NCBI GenBank assembly: GCA_964016885.1
Contig: OZ024749.1
Span: 56,172,001 to 56,236,000 of the forward strand
Length of the DNA stretch: 64,000 bases
Reading direction: 5' to 3'
Origin: Eledone cirrhosa
Lineage: Eukaryota
A program made the translations under genes and the position numbers. Below are positions 14,813-28,590 of this stretch, piece by piece. Below the pieces are notes generated by a model that saw only the letters and a program-made list of their open reading frames with translations, was not told the origin of the DNA and ran no database searches. Numbering within the stretch: position 1 is the stretch's first letter; every line of letters begins with the position of its first letter.

Positions 14813-15472
14813 AAGCTATAGGAAATAAGAAGCTATATGAAATAAGAAGCTATAGGAAATAAGAAGTTATATGAAATAAGAAAGCTATATGAAATAAGCT
14901 ATATGAAATAAGAAGCTATATGAAATAAGAAGCTATATGAAATAAGCTATATGAAATAAGAAGCTATATGAAATAAGAAGCTATATGAAATAAGCTATAT
15001 GAAATAAGAAGCTATATGAAATAAGAAGCTATAGGAAATAAGAAGCTATATGAAATAAGAAAGCTATATGAAATAAGAAGCTATATGAAATAAGCTATAT
15101 GAAATAAGAAGCTATATGAAATAAGAAGCTATATGAAATAAGCTATATGAAATAAGAAGCTATATGAAATAAGAAGCTATAGGAAATAAGAAGCTATATG
15201 AAATAAGAAAGCTATATGAAATAAGAAGCTATATGAAATAAGAAAGCTATATGAAATAAGAAGCTATATGAAATAAGAAGCTATATGAAATAAGAAGCTA
15301 TAGGAAATAAGAAGCTATATGAAATAAGAAGCTATATGAAATAACACGCTATATGAAATAAGACGCTATATGAAATAAGAAACTATGCGAAATAAGAAGC
15401 TATATGAAATAAGAAGCTATATTAAATAAGAAGCTATAGGAAATAAGAAGCTATATGAAATAAGAAGCCATA
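14813..15472. repeat. 17-bp minisatellite (gctatatgaaataagaa), about 40 units with 14- and 18-bp variants
   Basis: Direct reading of the sequence. Confidence 0.95.
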
Positions 15473-18322
15473 AAATGTGAAACTTACAATTGAGAAGTTA
15501 TTTTCAATAGACGGGAATATTTCTGTTTTTAAGATAATCATTTCAGTAAATAAAAAATGACTCCCTGTGGTGTGGCAGTGCGGTTTAATTTTGTAAGACA
15601 ATACACTGGTTTACAATTGGCGACATTTTACAGCAAAAAAGCTTGTTGAATTAGCACTTCTTTCAACATATATTTTCGACTTAGGTGTCAGTGGCTCTAC
15701 TCGAAATCCCAAAGGCTGCTAAATTGCCTTATCTCACACCTAGCCATTTATGAAAGAACATTAAACTTCGTCACGGGAGAGTGAAAAGATGCTGTGAACT
15801 GATTTATTGGCAGCCATCTTGAGTGTGATGCTAAAATAACAAATATTTGTTATTACTCATATGGAAAGAAACATCGCCAACTCTTTACATTTTTTGCGGT
15901 TTGTGCTTTCCTTATTTTTTTTTATAGATATTTTCTTTGTGTTTTTTGTTTTGTTTTGCTTTCTATTTTTCTTTTGTTGTTTTCTTAATGGAACATATTC
16001 TTTTCCAGACAACTTACACTTATGGAAATATATCGATGGTTCTTTTAACTTCTTGTATTTTATTTTATTTTTTACCAAACTGCCATAAAGTAAAGGTGTA
16101 AGCGATTCTTTTCACACCAGGCCTACCTTACGAGGCAGAGAGTCCATAACATGTAAGTAGCGTCACATTTTCCTGTTTTATTGCAATATATATATATATA
16201 CAAATATATATGCATATACATATATATATATACATATATATATGCATATACATATATAAATACATATGCGTATACAAACGTATATGCATATACAAACGTA
16301 TATGCATATACAGATATATATATACATATGTATATATATATGCATATACATATATAAATACATATACATATATATATTATTTTGTTTTAGTTCTCTATTT
16401 TTTCAACAAACTATCTTCTTCACAGATTTCTCTCCATCAAGCAGAAGAGACAATAGCGATAGAAGAAGAAACCTAAGCAAAATCTCGCTAAATTTTAGTG
16501 TAATTCTCTGGAGCTAAGTGACCAATTAGTCAACACCCAGACTTCCTATCAACAGATTAAATACTTTTCTTTTAAAAAGAAGACACCATTGCCTGCACTT
16601 GAACTTGAAAGATGTTCTGTGTATAGAATATTCTGCATGATTTATCTAAATAGCTAATATAGTCCGGAAAAAGAATGCAGTATTAGAAAGTACTAAAAAT
16701 GCCATAAATGAGAAAAGGGGGGGGGGGGGGGAGAAAGAGCAAGGACTATGTGCCAAAGGAAGAAAGAAAAGGGGAAGGGGAAAGGGTGACAGCAGGCTCT
16801 ACACCTAGGTCAGAGGGCTGTTACGGCTACATAAGATAAAGGGACGTAACTCTATGACATACACCATGTCCAACGCTCTTCCAATCCAGAGTATCCAATC
16901 TGACTAATAACAACGATGATTTATACCATTTTACATTCTAATACTTTTCTAGAGAATGGTAAACTTCACAACAGAACCAACATGATTCCTGTGGGATTAG
17001 TTTTTAGATCAATTGTTACTGAACAATATAAATAGAGAAAGCCATTAGGATTCCAGCAACGCAATCTAAGATCAGCAAAATGGTAACATTCTGCCATAAA
17101 ACACACATAACCAAATGTTCAGAAGATTTTGAAATATTCTTCGATTTTCGGAAAAAGATTAATGGATCGGATTACAGAGTAGAGTATTTATATGGGAAAA
17201 ACTGCAAAACCCCCAGGAATGGTGGTAGCAGTTTAGTAAGCACTCAATATGTAAATAACGTTATAAACAATTATTTAAAAAAAAAAGAATAACACTTTAT
17301 ATTCAGACATGTACTCAGTCAACGTTATTTAAACGCCAATTGTTGCAGTCAAACTTGGTCAAGAATTAATATTCCCACAAAAACAGGAATGGTTCCTTCA
17401 ACGGAATACATGATTTTCGTCAACCAAATTCCATTCGCAAGGCTATTGTTGTTTCGCAGGTAGCGTAGAATACACTTGACAAAAATATCACCCATTCACA
17501 TTCAACCTTAATCCATGTATACTTTTAATGCACCGCAACCACAAATATCTCCAGTGATCGAATTATAAGAAAGGACTGTCCTGTGTTATGTCCGTTTTTC
17601 CGTTGTCTTCACCCACCTTTATATATATATAATCCTTATCGAACCCTCTTCGGATTTTGGTCTTCATAATTATTATTATTACTATATATATGTGCGTGTG
17701 TGTATACATATATAATTGTTTCTACTTTTGGCACAAGGCCAGCAATTATCCCAGTACATTACTGGTCCTTTATTTTATCGACCCCGTAAGGATGAAAGGC
17801 AAAGTTAACCTTGGTGAGTATACATATATAATGTATGTACGATGTATGCGTCTATGTACGTATGTACGTTCGTGCGTCTGTGTGTGTATGTGTGTGTTTG
17901 TTCAATTGTTAAGTTAATATTGCTCTGCCACATTAACATTAATTGTTGTTTGTCTCCTAGGTCATATGATATGACTACAACTGTTAGATGCTGCTCTCAT
18001 GATACGTGGTCATATTATAATGCTAGGTCTTTGTTTTTTATCTCACTCAAGTGTGATATATGAAAGGAAACATCAAATGTCTTCAATATTTACTTGGTCT
18101 CTTATAATCAATGTTGTTCATCATTGGAGAATTAGATATATCGATTTCTGCCAGGAAATTGAAATAGCCATGTTTGTCCTTTAATCAACAACACCAATAT
18201 TATAAGAAGAAATAATTCTGAACATGATTCGAAACCTTGTTACAGCTTCGTTTGTTATTTTAAATTTTAAATTATATTTTGTTTTTACATCTCTCTCTCT
18301 CTCTCACACACACATACACACA

Positions 18323-18376
<54 letters not shown>

Positions 18377-18704
18377 TGATTTTTATTTCATATAAAACGT
18401 CTCAAGGAAGTAATTGTAATTCTAAAATGCATAACTTAATCACATCAATGTATATTAAATAAGCCCTACCTTTAATTAGTTTAAATGACAGAGTTTACGT
18501 ACAATCAAGATCGGTTTTGTTCATTAAGGACCAGAAGCTGGAATCTGACTGAGGGATATTAGGACAATCATTCAAAAAAACATTTAAGTGCTAATTTCCT
18601 AGAATGCCAAAGTTCCTGGATTCGATCTTCGTGTGTTGCCATATTTTCTTTACCTCGATCAGACATAAACTGGGGGCAGAACAACAACAATAATTATTAT
18701 TTCT

Positions 18705-19113
18705 GGTGGATTGGCAGTATCGGTAGAGGGTCGGACGCCATGCTTTCCAGCATAGTTACATCCCTTTACGATCTGAGTTCAAATCCCGCCGAGGTTAACT
18801 TTGTCTTTCATTCTTACAGGGTCGATAAAATAAAGTACCAGTAATGTACTGGGTCATTGCTGGCCTTGTGCCTAAAGTAGAAACAATTATTATTATTATT
18901 TCTACTTTAGGCACAAGGCCAGCAATTTGAAGGGAAGGGGAAAAGTCAATTAAATCGACCCAAGTGTATTACTGGTGCTTTATTTTATCGACTCCGTAAG
19001 GATGAAAGGTAAAGTTAACCTCGGTGGGATTTGAATTCAGACTGTAAAGGGCCGTAACTCTATGCTACAAAGTATAGCGTCCGACGCTCTTCCGATACTG
19101 CCAACGACCCGCC
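18705..19113. mobile_element. Two near-full-length SINE A copies, tail-to-tail (+ 18705-18885, - 18900-19113)
   Basis: A box TGGCAGTATCGG, B box GAGTTCAAATCC, body ctttcat..ggggtcgataaaataaagtaccag (resembles the Meta/MESC central domain), shared (ATT)n tail. Confidence 0.9.
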
Positions 19114-19134
19114 CTTAACAATAATAATAATAAT

Positions 19135-19949
19135 TGTTTCTACTTTTTGGCACAAGGCCAGCAATTACCCAGTGTATTACTGGTACTTTATTTTATCGAC
19201 CCCGTAAAGAGAAAAGGCAAAGTTAACCTCGGTGGGATTTGAACTGAGACCGTAAAGGGGCGTAACTCTATGCTGCAAAGCATGGCGTCCGACCCTCTAC
19301 CGATACTGCCAATCCACCACCCTAGCATGGCGTCCGACCCTCTACCGATACTGCCAATCCACCACCCTAGCATGGTGTCCGACCCTCTACCGATACTGCC
19401 AATCCACCACCCTAGCATGGCGTCCGACCCTCTACCGATACTGCCAATCCACCACCCTAGCATGGTGTCCGACCCTCTACCGATACTGCCAATCCACCAC
19501 CTTAGCATGGTGTCCGACCCTCTACCGATACTGCCAATCCACCACCCTAGCATGGCGTCCTACCCTCTACCGATACTGCCAATCCACCACCCTAGCATGG
19601 CGTCCGACCCTCTACCGATACTGCCAATCCACCACCCTAGCATGGCGTCCGACCCTCTACCGATACTGCCAATCCACCACCCTAGCATGGCGTCCTACCC
19701 TCTACCGATACTGCCAATCCACCACCCTAGCATGGCGTCCTACCCTCTACCGATACTGCCAATCCACCACCCTAGCATGGCGTCCGACCCTCTACCGATA
19801 CTGCCAATCCACCACCCTAGCATGGCGTCCGACCCTCTACCGATACTGCCAATCCACCACCCTAGCATGGCGTCCGACCCTCTACCGATACTGCCAATCC
19901 ACCACCCTAGCATGGTGTCCGACCCTCTACCGATACTGCCAATCCACCA
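19135..19949 (-). mobile_element. SINE A whose 45-bp head is tandemly amplified (about 15 units, 19281-19949)
   Basis: Unit catgg(c/t)gtccgaccctctaccgatactgccaatccaccaccctag is the reverse complement of the SINE 5' end, continuous with the body at 19135-19280. Confidence 0.92.
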
Positions 19950-21203
19950 ATAACAACAACAATACCATTAACAACGACAACAACAACAACAATACCATTA
20001 ACAACAACAACAACAACAACAATAACAACACAGTGTTGTATTCGTTATAAAGAAATGTCACAAAAGGTTTCAGAATCTCACAAAATACTTTTAGATCCCC
20101 CTCCAACTATATTAGAAGCCCTCCTTACTACTAAACAACTCAGGTGTATTAAACAATAAAGGACCCACTACACTTCTTCCTCTATCTCGCCGCCATCTTA
20201 GAACATTTAATGTTTATGTTACAACCCTTAATATTTATAGTATTACCTATAATGTTTAATGGTGGGTGCTCCTCTTAAGATAGATATTATGTGTCTGTAT
20301 ATACGTGTATATATATATATACGTGTGTGTGTGTATGATTATATATATGTGTATACATGTGTATGTATATATATATGTATGTGTATGTATATATGTATAT
20401 ATATATTATGTGTGTGTTTGTGTATACATGTGTGTGAGTGAAATGTATATATATATGTGTGTGTTTGTGTATGATTATATATATGTGCATATATGTGTAT
20501 ATATATATATATATACGTGTATGTATATATGTCTATATATATATATGTGTGTGCGTGTATATGTGTGTGTGTGTGTGTGTATATATATGTGTGTGTGTTT
20601 ACATAAACTGAGAACAAACAAAAAATAAGGATTTCCTCGTAACATCATAACACCTATATTAAGTAGAAAACATCTAGATTTTATCTGCTAAGCATACAAG
20701 CATAATAATAGGACTATACCATAAATATTACTCTCCACTAGTTCACGTGTGTCAGTTTAATGGCTTTCTTCCATCAGAATATTATTGGCAAAATTATATT
20801 AAGCTATCATCCTATTTCATAGCGTGACTTGCAGTTAGTTATCACACTTAGTGATATCATAGAAGTTGTGGACAACGAAATGAAGAAATAACTAGCCAAC
20901 AACAAAATAGAATCTGTCATTTTGAAATATCAACAGAAGAAATATTTCTGTATTGTATGTCGTTTTTTGTGATATTTTTTATATAATTATTTCATATATA
21001 ATAATTTTGCTTTCGTAATTCGTGTATATTGTTTATGCAAGTATGTGTATGTATCGATGCATGAGGCACATCCATATATTATATATTATATATAAGTTAC
21101 CAGGGACTTACTTTTCGTTACCTCATCTTACAATCCATTTTGCATTGTTTTAGCTTTCTATCTCTTTCAACGTTATATATATATATATATATATAACGTT
21201 GAA

Positions 21204-21249
<46 letters not shown>

Positions 21250-21251
<2 letters not shown>

Positions 21252-21370
21252 TCACTAGCTCTGATGAATTGACTGGTTCCAACTATGTATTGGTGATCGA
21301 ATGACGCGAAAACAGGCGGGTAGCGATCTCTAGACCTACCAGTTCAGAGAAACAATTGTCAGCAATGTGA
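21250..21370 (+). ncRNA. Type I HHR motif with about 80-nt stem II domain, in a 165-bp island inside (TA)n
   Basis: tcac..GCT-CTGATGA(21261)-a-ttgactggt...accagttcaga-GAAAC(21349)-AATT-GTC(21358-60)-AGC..gtga. Confidence 0.75.
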
Positions 21371-21431
21371 TTGAAAACCTTTTTTGTATAGCAAAACGTG
21401 TCACTCTTCTTTCTTGATATATATATATATG

Positions 21432-21489
<58 letters not shown>

Positions 21490-21553
21490 CCCCGGGTTCA
21501 GGTCCTGTAGTGTTCTGGTCCTGTAACAGTTTTTTTCTATATTAGGTTAGTTT

Positions 21554-21619
<66 letters not shown>

Positions 21620-21620
<1 letters not shown>

Positions 21621-22070
21621 TTAAATGTTAGTGGCCGCCGGCAGAACTCACATTGTTTCAACGGAGATTGGCTAACAGGAGTTACTTTCCCAAGTATCAA
21701 ATACTTATATTAAAGTGAAGACCCTTAAAGACCGGAAAGATTTGCCTTTGGTCGCTAAGAGGAAACGAACCTCATATCTGTTCGATAACGGCTAAGCGCT
21801 TTGTTGAAGCCTATAGAGCTCAGAATATTACCCCAGCAGAGGTCCGACGAGCTTTTGATTCCAGAGTCGGGCCAGAACGATACAGATCAAACCTTGAGCT
21901 GATCAATAGCGAAACACGTGTCACTACTTAATAAACGTATTGAAGACATAACAAATCGTCCTTTTATTATTATATTTACACTGTTTAGTTCTACACCTCT
22001 TTACAGAGTGGAAACTACGCATCCAGTGTTCACTCGGGTGAACCTACAGTAACTCCACGTTACATTCCCT
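21620..22070 (+). mobile_element. HHR-containing element of about 450 bp between (TG)n and (TA)n
   Basis: Contains the HHR at 21838-21928, followed by AATAAA at 21930. Confidence 0.6.
21838..21928 (+). ncRNA. Type I HHR motif, U4C variant, long stem II
   Basis: ggt-CCGACGA(21844)-GCTTTTGAT...ATCAATAGC-GAAAC(21911)-ACGT-GTC(21920-22)-act. Confidence 0.72.
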
Positions 22071-22096
22071 ATATATATATACATTCATATATATAT

Positions 22097-22164
<68 letters not shown>

Positions 22165-22821
22165 TGTGTGTGAGAGAGAGAGAGAAAGATTTATATGTGT
22201 GTGCACACACATATGTATATATAGCCATATATATTTGTACACAAACTCATTACATACAAATGTGTGTGTATATCTACATACACAAATAGGTAAATATATA
22301 TATATACATAATATATATGGGTGTGTGTGTGTGTGTGTATCAGTGGGAGAGAAAAGGGTGTGTGGGTGGAAGTGAGAAGTGTGTGTATGTGTGAAAGAGG
22401 GAAGTGTGTGCGGGTGAAAAATATAATTAGGAAAACTTGCTTACATACTACTAATTAATTATTTGCGAGTAAAAATCGTATTTTCTAATCCCTCGTCTCT
22501 TAATTAAAAATTTCTCGTCATCTACAAAGGAAACATTGGACAATTATATCATATATTTCTTGTGGTTGGGGTCTGTGCGTGTGTCTGTCTGTACGTGTGA
22601 GTGACTGTGTGTCTGTGTGTGTGTGTGTTTATGTGCATGAGTGCCTGTGTGTATTCGTGTGTGAGTGACTGCCTATGTCAGTGTGTGTGTGTATCTGTGT
22701 GTGAGTGTACATGTGTGTACGTGTGTCAGTATGTGTGCGTAAACAAAGGGTAGGTATGTAAATAAGTTTTGAGGGATATTTTACACGAAGTTGATATATT
22801 CCAATGAAATATCTTCCACTA

Positions 22822-23110
22822 GTCGTGTGGTTTGTTGGTTAGGTCGTTCGGCTGACAGAGTCTTGAGTTCGATTACTTGGCGACAAATTTTATTCCTGAG
22901 CACAAAACCTTCACATTGCCCTATATCACTGAGGTGGTGAACGTATGTCGTACCTGTCGTTCGAAGGCCCTGCCTTGCCAGATATTGTTTCACGCAGTAT
23001 ATCAGGGTAAACTTCTATAGGTGTACACGTGTCTGTGTGCTGCTCAATTACTTGGCACGTTAATTTTTTTAGCAGAATGTTGTGTTGGTCAAACAGCTCC
23101 AACACTAACC
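22822..23110 (+). mobile_element. Old tRNA-derived SINE family B
   Basis: tggtttgttggttag (A box-like), gagttcgatt (B box), ttcctgagcacaaaac core similar to 57529-57640. Confidence 0.55.
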
Positions 23111-23169
23111 GTTGGAACCAACAGTGGTCCAACATATACTTTATTATTGACATTATCCGACATTATCAT

Positions 23170-24598
23170 CAGTGAATTGGCAGTATCGGTAGAGGGTCGG
23201 ACACCATGCTAGGGTGGTGAATTGGCAGTATCGGTAGAGGGTCGGACGCCATGCTAGGGTGGTGGATTGGCAGTATCGGTAGAGGGTCGGACACCATGCT
23301 AGGGTGGTGGATTGGCAGTATCGGTAGAGGGTCGGACGCCATGCTAGGGTGGTAAATTGGCAGTATCGGTAGAGGGTCGGACGCCATGCTAGGGTGGTGG
23401 ATTGGCAGTATCGGTAGAGGGTCGGACACCATGCTAGGGTGGTGGATTGGCAGTATCGGTAGAGGGTCGGACACCATGCTAGGGTGGTGGATTGGCAGTA
23501 TCGGTAGAGGGTCGGACACCATGCTAGGGTGGTGGATTGGCAGTATCGGTAGAGGGTCGGACACCATGCTAGGGTGGTGAATTGGCAGTATCGGTAGAGG
23601 GTCGGACGCCATGCTAGGGTGGTGAATTGGCAGTATCGGTAGAGGGTCGGACGCCATGCTAGGGTGGTAAATTGGCAGTATCGGTAGAGGGTCGGACACC
23701 ATGCTAGGGTGGTGGATTGGCAGTATCGGTAGAGGGTCGGACACCATGCTAGGGTGGTGGATTGGCAGTATCGGTAGAGGGTCGGACACCATGCTAGGGT
23801 GGTGGATTGGCAGTATCGGTAGAGGGTCGGACGCCATGCTAGGGTGGTAAATTGGCAGTATCGGTAGAGGGTCGGACGCCATGCTAGGGTGGTGGATTGG
23901 CAGTATCGGTAGAGGGTCGGACACCATGCTAGGGTGGTGGATTGGCAGTATCGGTAGAGGGTCGGACACCATGCTAGGGTGGTGGATTGGCAGTATCGGT
24001 AGAGGGTCGGACACCATGCTAGGGTGGTGGATTGGCAGTATCGGTAGAGGGTCGGACACCATGCTAGGGTGGTGAATTGGCAGTATCGGTAGAGGGTCGG
24101 ACGCCATGCTAGGGTGGTAAATTGGCAGTATCGGTAGAGGGTCGGACACCATGCTAGGGTGGTAAATTGGCAGTATCGGTAGAGGGTCGGACACCATGCT
24201 AGGGTGGTGGATTGGCAGTATCGGTAGAGGGTCGGACGCCATGTTAGGGTGGTGGGTTGGCAGTATCGGTAGAGGGCCGGACGCCATGTTAGGGTGGTGG
24301 GTTGGCAGTATCGGTAGAGGGTCGGACGCCATGCTAGGGTGGTGGATTGGCAGTATCGGTAGAGGGTCGGACACCATGCTAGGGTGGTGAATTGGCAGTA
24401 TAGGTAGAGGGTCGGACGCCATGCTTTCCAGTATAGTTACGTGCCTTTCCAATCTGAGTTCAAATCCCGCCGAGGTTAACTTTGCCTTTCATCCTTACGG
24501 GGTCGATAAAATAAAGTACCAGTAACGCACTGGTGTCGATTTAATTGACTTTCCCCTCCCCAAAATTGTTAGCCTTGTGTCTAAATCATAAACCATTA
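23170..24598 (+). mobile_element. SINE A whose 45-bp head is tandemly amplified (28 units, about 23170-24425)
   Basis: Period-45 unit attggcagtatcggtagagggtcggac(a/g)ccatgctagggtggtgg, then a full SINE body at 24425-24598. Confidence 0.93.
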
Positions 24599-24906
24599 CT
24601 ATTATTATTAATATAGTGAGTAGGAAAATCTTTCAGTCAACTGAGAGTGTAATAATATTTCATGCCAGTGTTCAGATTGTGAGACACTAACAAGATATAA
24701 CAAGATATAACAAGATATATAACTAGCCTGAGTTAATCTATGTTTAAACAATGGTGTAGGGGTGGGATTTAGGTTTGGACCAACTTGCTGAAAGTAACGG
24801 ACTCGTTTCGAACTTATATCTCCATAGAGAAGTTATTCAGTTAGTGATTTTGATAGACTAGAATACGATCAAATATATATTTATATGATTCAAACACACA
24901 CATGTA

Positions 24907-24998
<92 letters not shown>

Positions 24999-25011
24999 CT
25001 GTGTGTGTGTA

Positions 25012-25045
<34 letters not shown>

Positions 25046-25108
25046 GTATGTATACATAACTTCATTTATCTGATAAACTATTTATATTGATCTTATTATA
25101 TATATATA

Positions 25109-25144
<36 letters not shown>

Positions 25145-25396
25145 GTACATAACATATTATGTTGCCTGAAGTATAATCACACGACAACCCCGGTAGAATT
25201 CATTTTACACTCTGTTTTATGTAAAGCAAATATTATTTTCATTTTACCTTTAATCATTTCAAATTTCCTCTCATTCAGATATATTTGATGTTTTGTTTAG
25301 TAAATATTTAATGCCGTTCGAATGTACTGAGAACCGCACGGCTCTCGCTTTAATTTCCAGATTTTCAGAACTTCGATACTGCCAGGCGCTTTCTAT

Positions 25397-25487
<91 letters not shown>

Positions 25488-25510
25488 TGTATGTATGTAT
25501 GTGTGTATGT

Positions 25511-25564
<54 letters not shown>

Positions 25565-25595
25565 TTATTATTATTATTGTCGGACAATATGTTTA

Positions 25596-25772
25596 GTGGC
25601 ATAGTGTTAAAACCCTCTGCGGTCGGAGTTCAAATCCCGCCGAGGTTAACTTTGCCTTTCATCCTTAAGCGGTCGATAAAATAAAGTACCAGCAATGTAC
25701 TGGGGTCAATTTAATCGATCTTTCCCGCCCCCCAAAATTGCTGGCCTTGTGCCTAAATCAGAAACCATTATT
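25596..25772 (+). mobile_element. SINE A, B box through tail
   Basis: gagttcaaatcccgccgaggttaactttgcctttcatcc..ccttgtgcctaaatcagaaacc(att)n. Confidence 0.88.
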
Positions 25773-25787
25773 ATTATGTATTTGTTA

Positions 25788-25901
25788 ATATAGAAATGGC
25801 TTCTACATGACTAGAACTGTTTTATTCGTATGAAATCATCAGGAATGCCGGGTGACATAGAAAATCATTGATGTTTCATTCGTATGAAATCTTTTACTAA
25901 C

Positions 25902-25905
<4 letters not shown>
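25788..25905 (-). mobile_element. Degenerate HHR element, same family as 61082-61276
   Basis: Minus strand reads cCTGATGAtttcatacgaatAAAACagttctaGTCatgtagaa (G12 changed to A). A partial repeat at 25874-25891 keeps GAAAC. Confidence 0.7.
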
Positions 25906-25952
<47 letters not shown>

Positions 25953-26130
25953 TACCTCAAAACATACCCATCCACGCCGCCACACATACAACGCATGCAG
26001 ACATATATATTTACATAGCTGATGTTGTTTAAATTCAAAGATTATTGTGTGTTAGAAACCGTCTCTCTATTGGCAAAAATTTATAAAATGATGAAACCAG
26101 AAGAACAGACATACATATACACACATAATA

Positions 26131-27230
26131 TTTGGTGTTTGAGAGGGTGTATGTTTGGTAGTGTTTGAGAGGGTGTATGTTTGGTAGTGTTTGAGAGGGT
26201 GTATGTTTGGTAGTGTTTGAGAGGGTGTATATTTGGTAGTGTTTGAGAGGGTGTATATTTGGTAGTGTTTGAGAGGGTGTATATTTGGTAGTGTTTGAGA
26301 GGGTGTATACTTGGTAGTGTTTGAGGGGGTGTATGTTTGGTAGTGTTTGAGAGGGTGTATACTTGGTAGTGTTTGAGAGGGTGTATACTTGGTAGTGTTT
26401 GAGAGGGTGTATGTTTGGTAGTGTTTGAGAGGGTGTATATTTGGTAGTGTTTGAGATGGTGTATATTTGGTAGTGTTTGAGATGGTGTATATTTGGTAGT
26501 GTTTGAGAGGGTGTATATTTGGTAGTGTTTGAGAGGGTGTATATTTGGTAGTGTTTGAGAGGGTGTATACTTGGTAGTGTTTGAGAGGGTGTATACTTGG
26601 TAGTGTTTGAGATGGTGTATATTTGGTAGTGTTTGAGAGGGTGTATATTTGGTAGTGTTTGAGAGGGTGTATACTTGGTAGTGTTTGAGAGGGTGTATAC
26701 TTGGTAGTGTTTGAGAGGGTGTATACTTGGTAGTGTTTGAGAGGGTGTATATTTGGTAGTGTTTGAGAGGGTGTATATTTGGTAGTGTTTGAGAGGGTGT
26801 ATACTTGGTAGTGTTTGAGAGGGTGTATATTTGGTAGTGTTTGAGAGGGTGTATATTTGGTAGTGTTTGAGAGGGTGTATACTTGGTAGTGTTTGAGAGG
26901 GTGTATATTTGGTAGTGTTTGAGAGGGTGTATATTTGGTAGTGTTTGAGAGGGTGTATATTTGGTAGTGTTTGAGAGGGTGTATATTTGGTAGTGTTTGA
27001 GAGGGTGTATATTTGGTAGTGTTTGAGAGGGTGTATACTTGGTAGTGTTTGAGAGGGTGTATATTTGGTAGTGTTTGAGAGGGTGTATATTTGGTAGTGT
27101 TTGAGAGGGTGTATATTTGGTAGTGTTTGAGAGGGTGTATACTTGGTAGTGTTTGAGAGGGTGTATATTTGGTAGTGTTTGAGAGGGTGTATATTTGGTA
27201 GTGTTTGAGAGGGTGTATATTTGGTAGTGT
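26131..27230. repeat. 26-bp minisatellite (ggtagtgtttgagagggtgtata(t/c)tt), about 42 units
   Basis: Direct reading; explains the 577-aa minus-strand ORF. Confidence 0.96.
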
Positions 27231-27981
27231 ATAAATGTTGTGTAGAGAGGATAGATGAAGAGTAGACGATGTAGAAATGAAAGGGAAGGACTAGCAGTGG
27301 AGATGTTGAAGGTGAATAAATGAGAGAGGGGAGGTAAAGGATGAGGAAGGGGAGAGAGGTGGGAGGTATGAAAAGAGAAAGGTATAGTGAAAAGAGGAGG
27401 AAGGTGGTGAGATGAAAGACGAGATAGATACAGTATAATGACAGAAGAGGATAGCCGGTCGATATTGGTGATTTGAAAAGAGTGAGTGAAGAGAATGAGA
27501 GAGAGAATGAAAGAGAGAGAGAGGGAGGTAGAGAGTGAGAGAGAAGTGGGTGGAGTGAAAAAAATTGGGAGAAAGGAGAGGTGGAGCTGACATTGAAAGA
27601 GGAGAGGGTAGAGTTTTCTGTCAGAGAAGATTTCATATATAGATAGGTAGGTAGATAGATAGAGAGGTAGAGATAGGTAGATAGATAGAGAGGTAGAGAT
27701 AGGTAGATAGATAGAGAGGTAGGTAGGTAGGGAGGGAGGGGGGGGGGGGAGGTAAGAAGAGAATACAAGGTAGGGTGCTATAGAGATGAATGGAATGAAG
27801 AATTGCAGAGAAATAGGAAAATGGTGCTATAAATGAGAGAGAGGGGGAGGAAGAGAGAGAGAGAGAAGAGATATGGCGTAAGAGATGAGAGAAAGAGGGA
27901 GGAGGGGTTAAATTGATAGACAGAGATAATGATGTGAAGGATGACGTATAAGATGATATAACGTAAGTATATTGGGGTTGA

Positions 27982-28032
<51 letters not shown>

Positions 28033-28418
28033 TCATAGATATGCATATATATATTTATGTATGTATATTGAGAGAGGGAGAGGAGGAAAGCGAGAGAGAG
28101 GGGGGAGAGGAGGGAGAGCGAGAGAGAGGAGGGAAAGGGAGAAGAGAGAGAGAGAGGAGGGAGAGGAGGGAGAGGGAGAAGAGAGAGAGAAGAGAGAGAG
28201 AGGGGAGGGAGAGTAGGAAGAGCGAGAGAGAGGAGGGAGAGTAGGAAGAACGAGAGAGAGGCCACATTTCAGTCATTAGACTGTGGCCATGCTGGAGCAC
28301 TGCCATGAAGAGTTTTGGTTAATCAAATTGAGGGCCAGTAAAAGAAATAGTTTTATTTCGCAGTTGAGTTGTATACAGAAAAAGGGAGCAGTATTGGAAA
28401 GGACTATAAATGCCATAA

Positions 28419-28590
28419 ATTGTTTCTATTTTAGGCACAAGGCCAGCAATTATTCAGTACATTACTGGTACTTTATTTTATCGACCCCGTAAGGATGAAA
28501 GGCAAAGTTAACCTCGGCGGGATTTGAACTCAGATCATAAAGGGACGTAACTCTATGCTTCAAAGCATGGCGTCCGACTCTCTACCGATA
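28419..28590 (-). mobile_element. SINE A, young copy
   Basis: Near-identical to 19135-19310. Confidence 0.9.

Noticed and set aside
19270-24452. 227-aa and 427-aa ORFs with SDPLPILPIHHPSM repeats
   Set aside because: Translations of the 45-bp SINE-head arrays, open only because 45 is a multiple of 3.
26035-27768. 577-aa ORF
   Set aside because: Read-through of a 26-bp minisatellite and a CT-rich tract.
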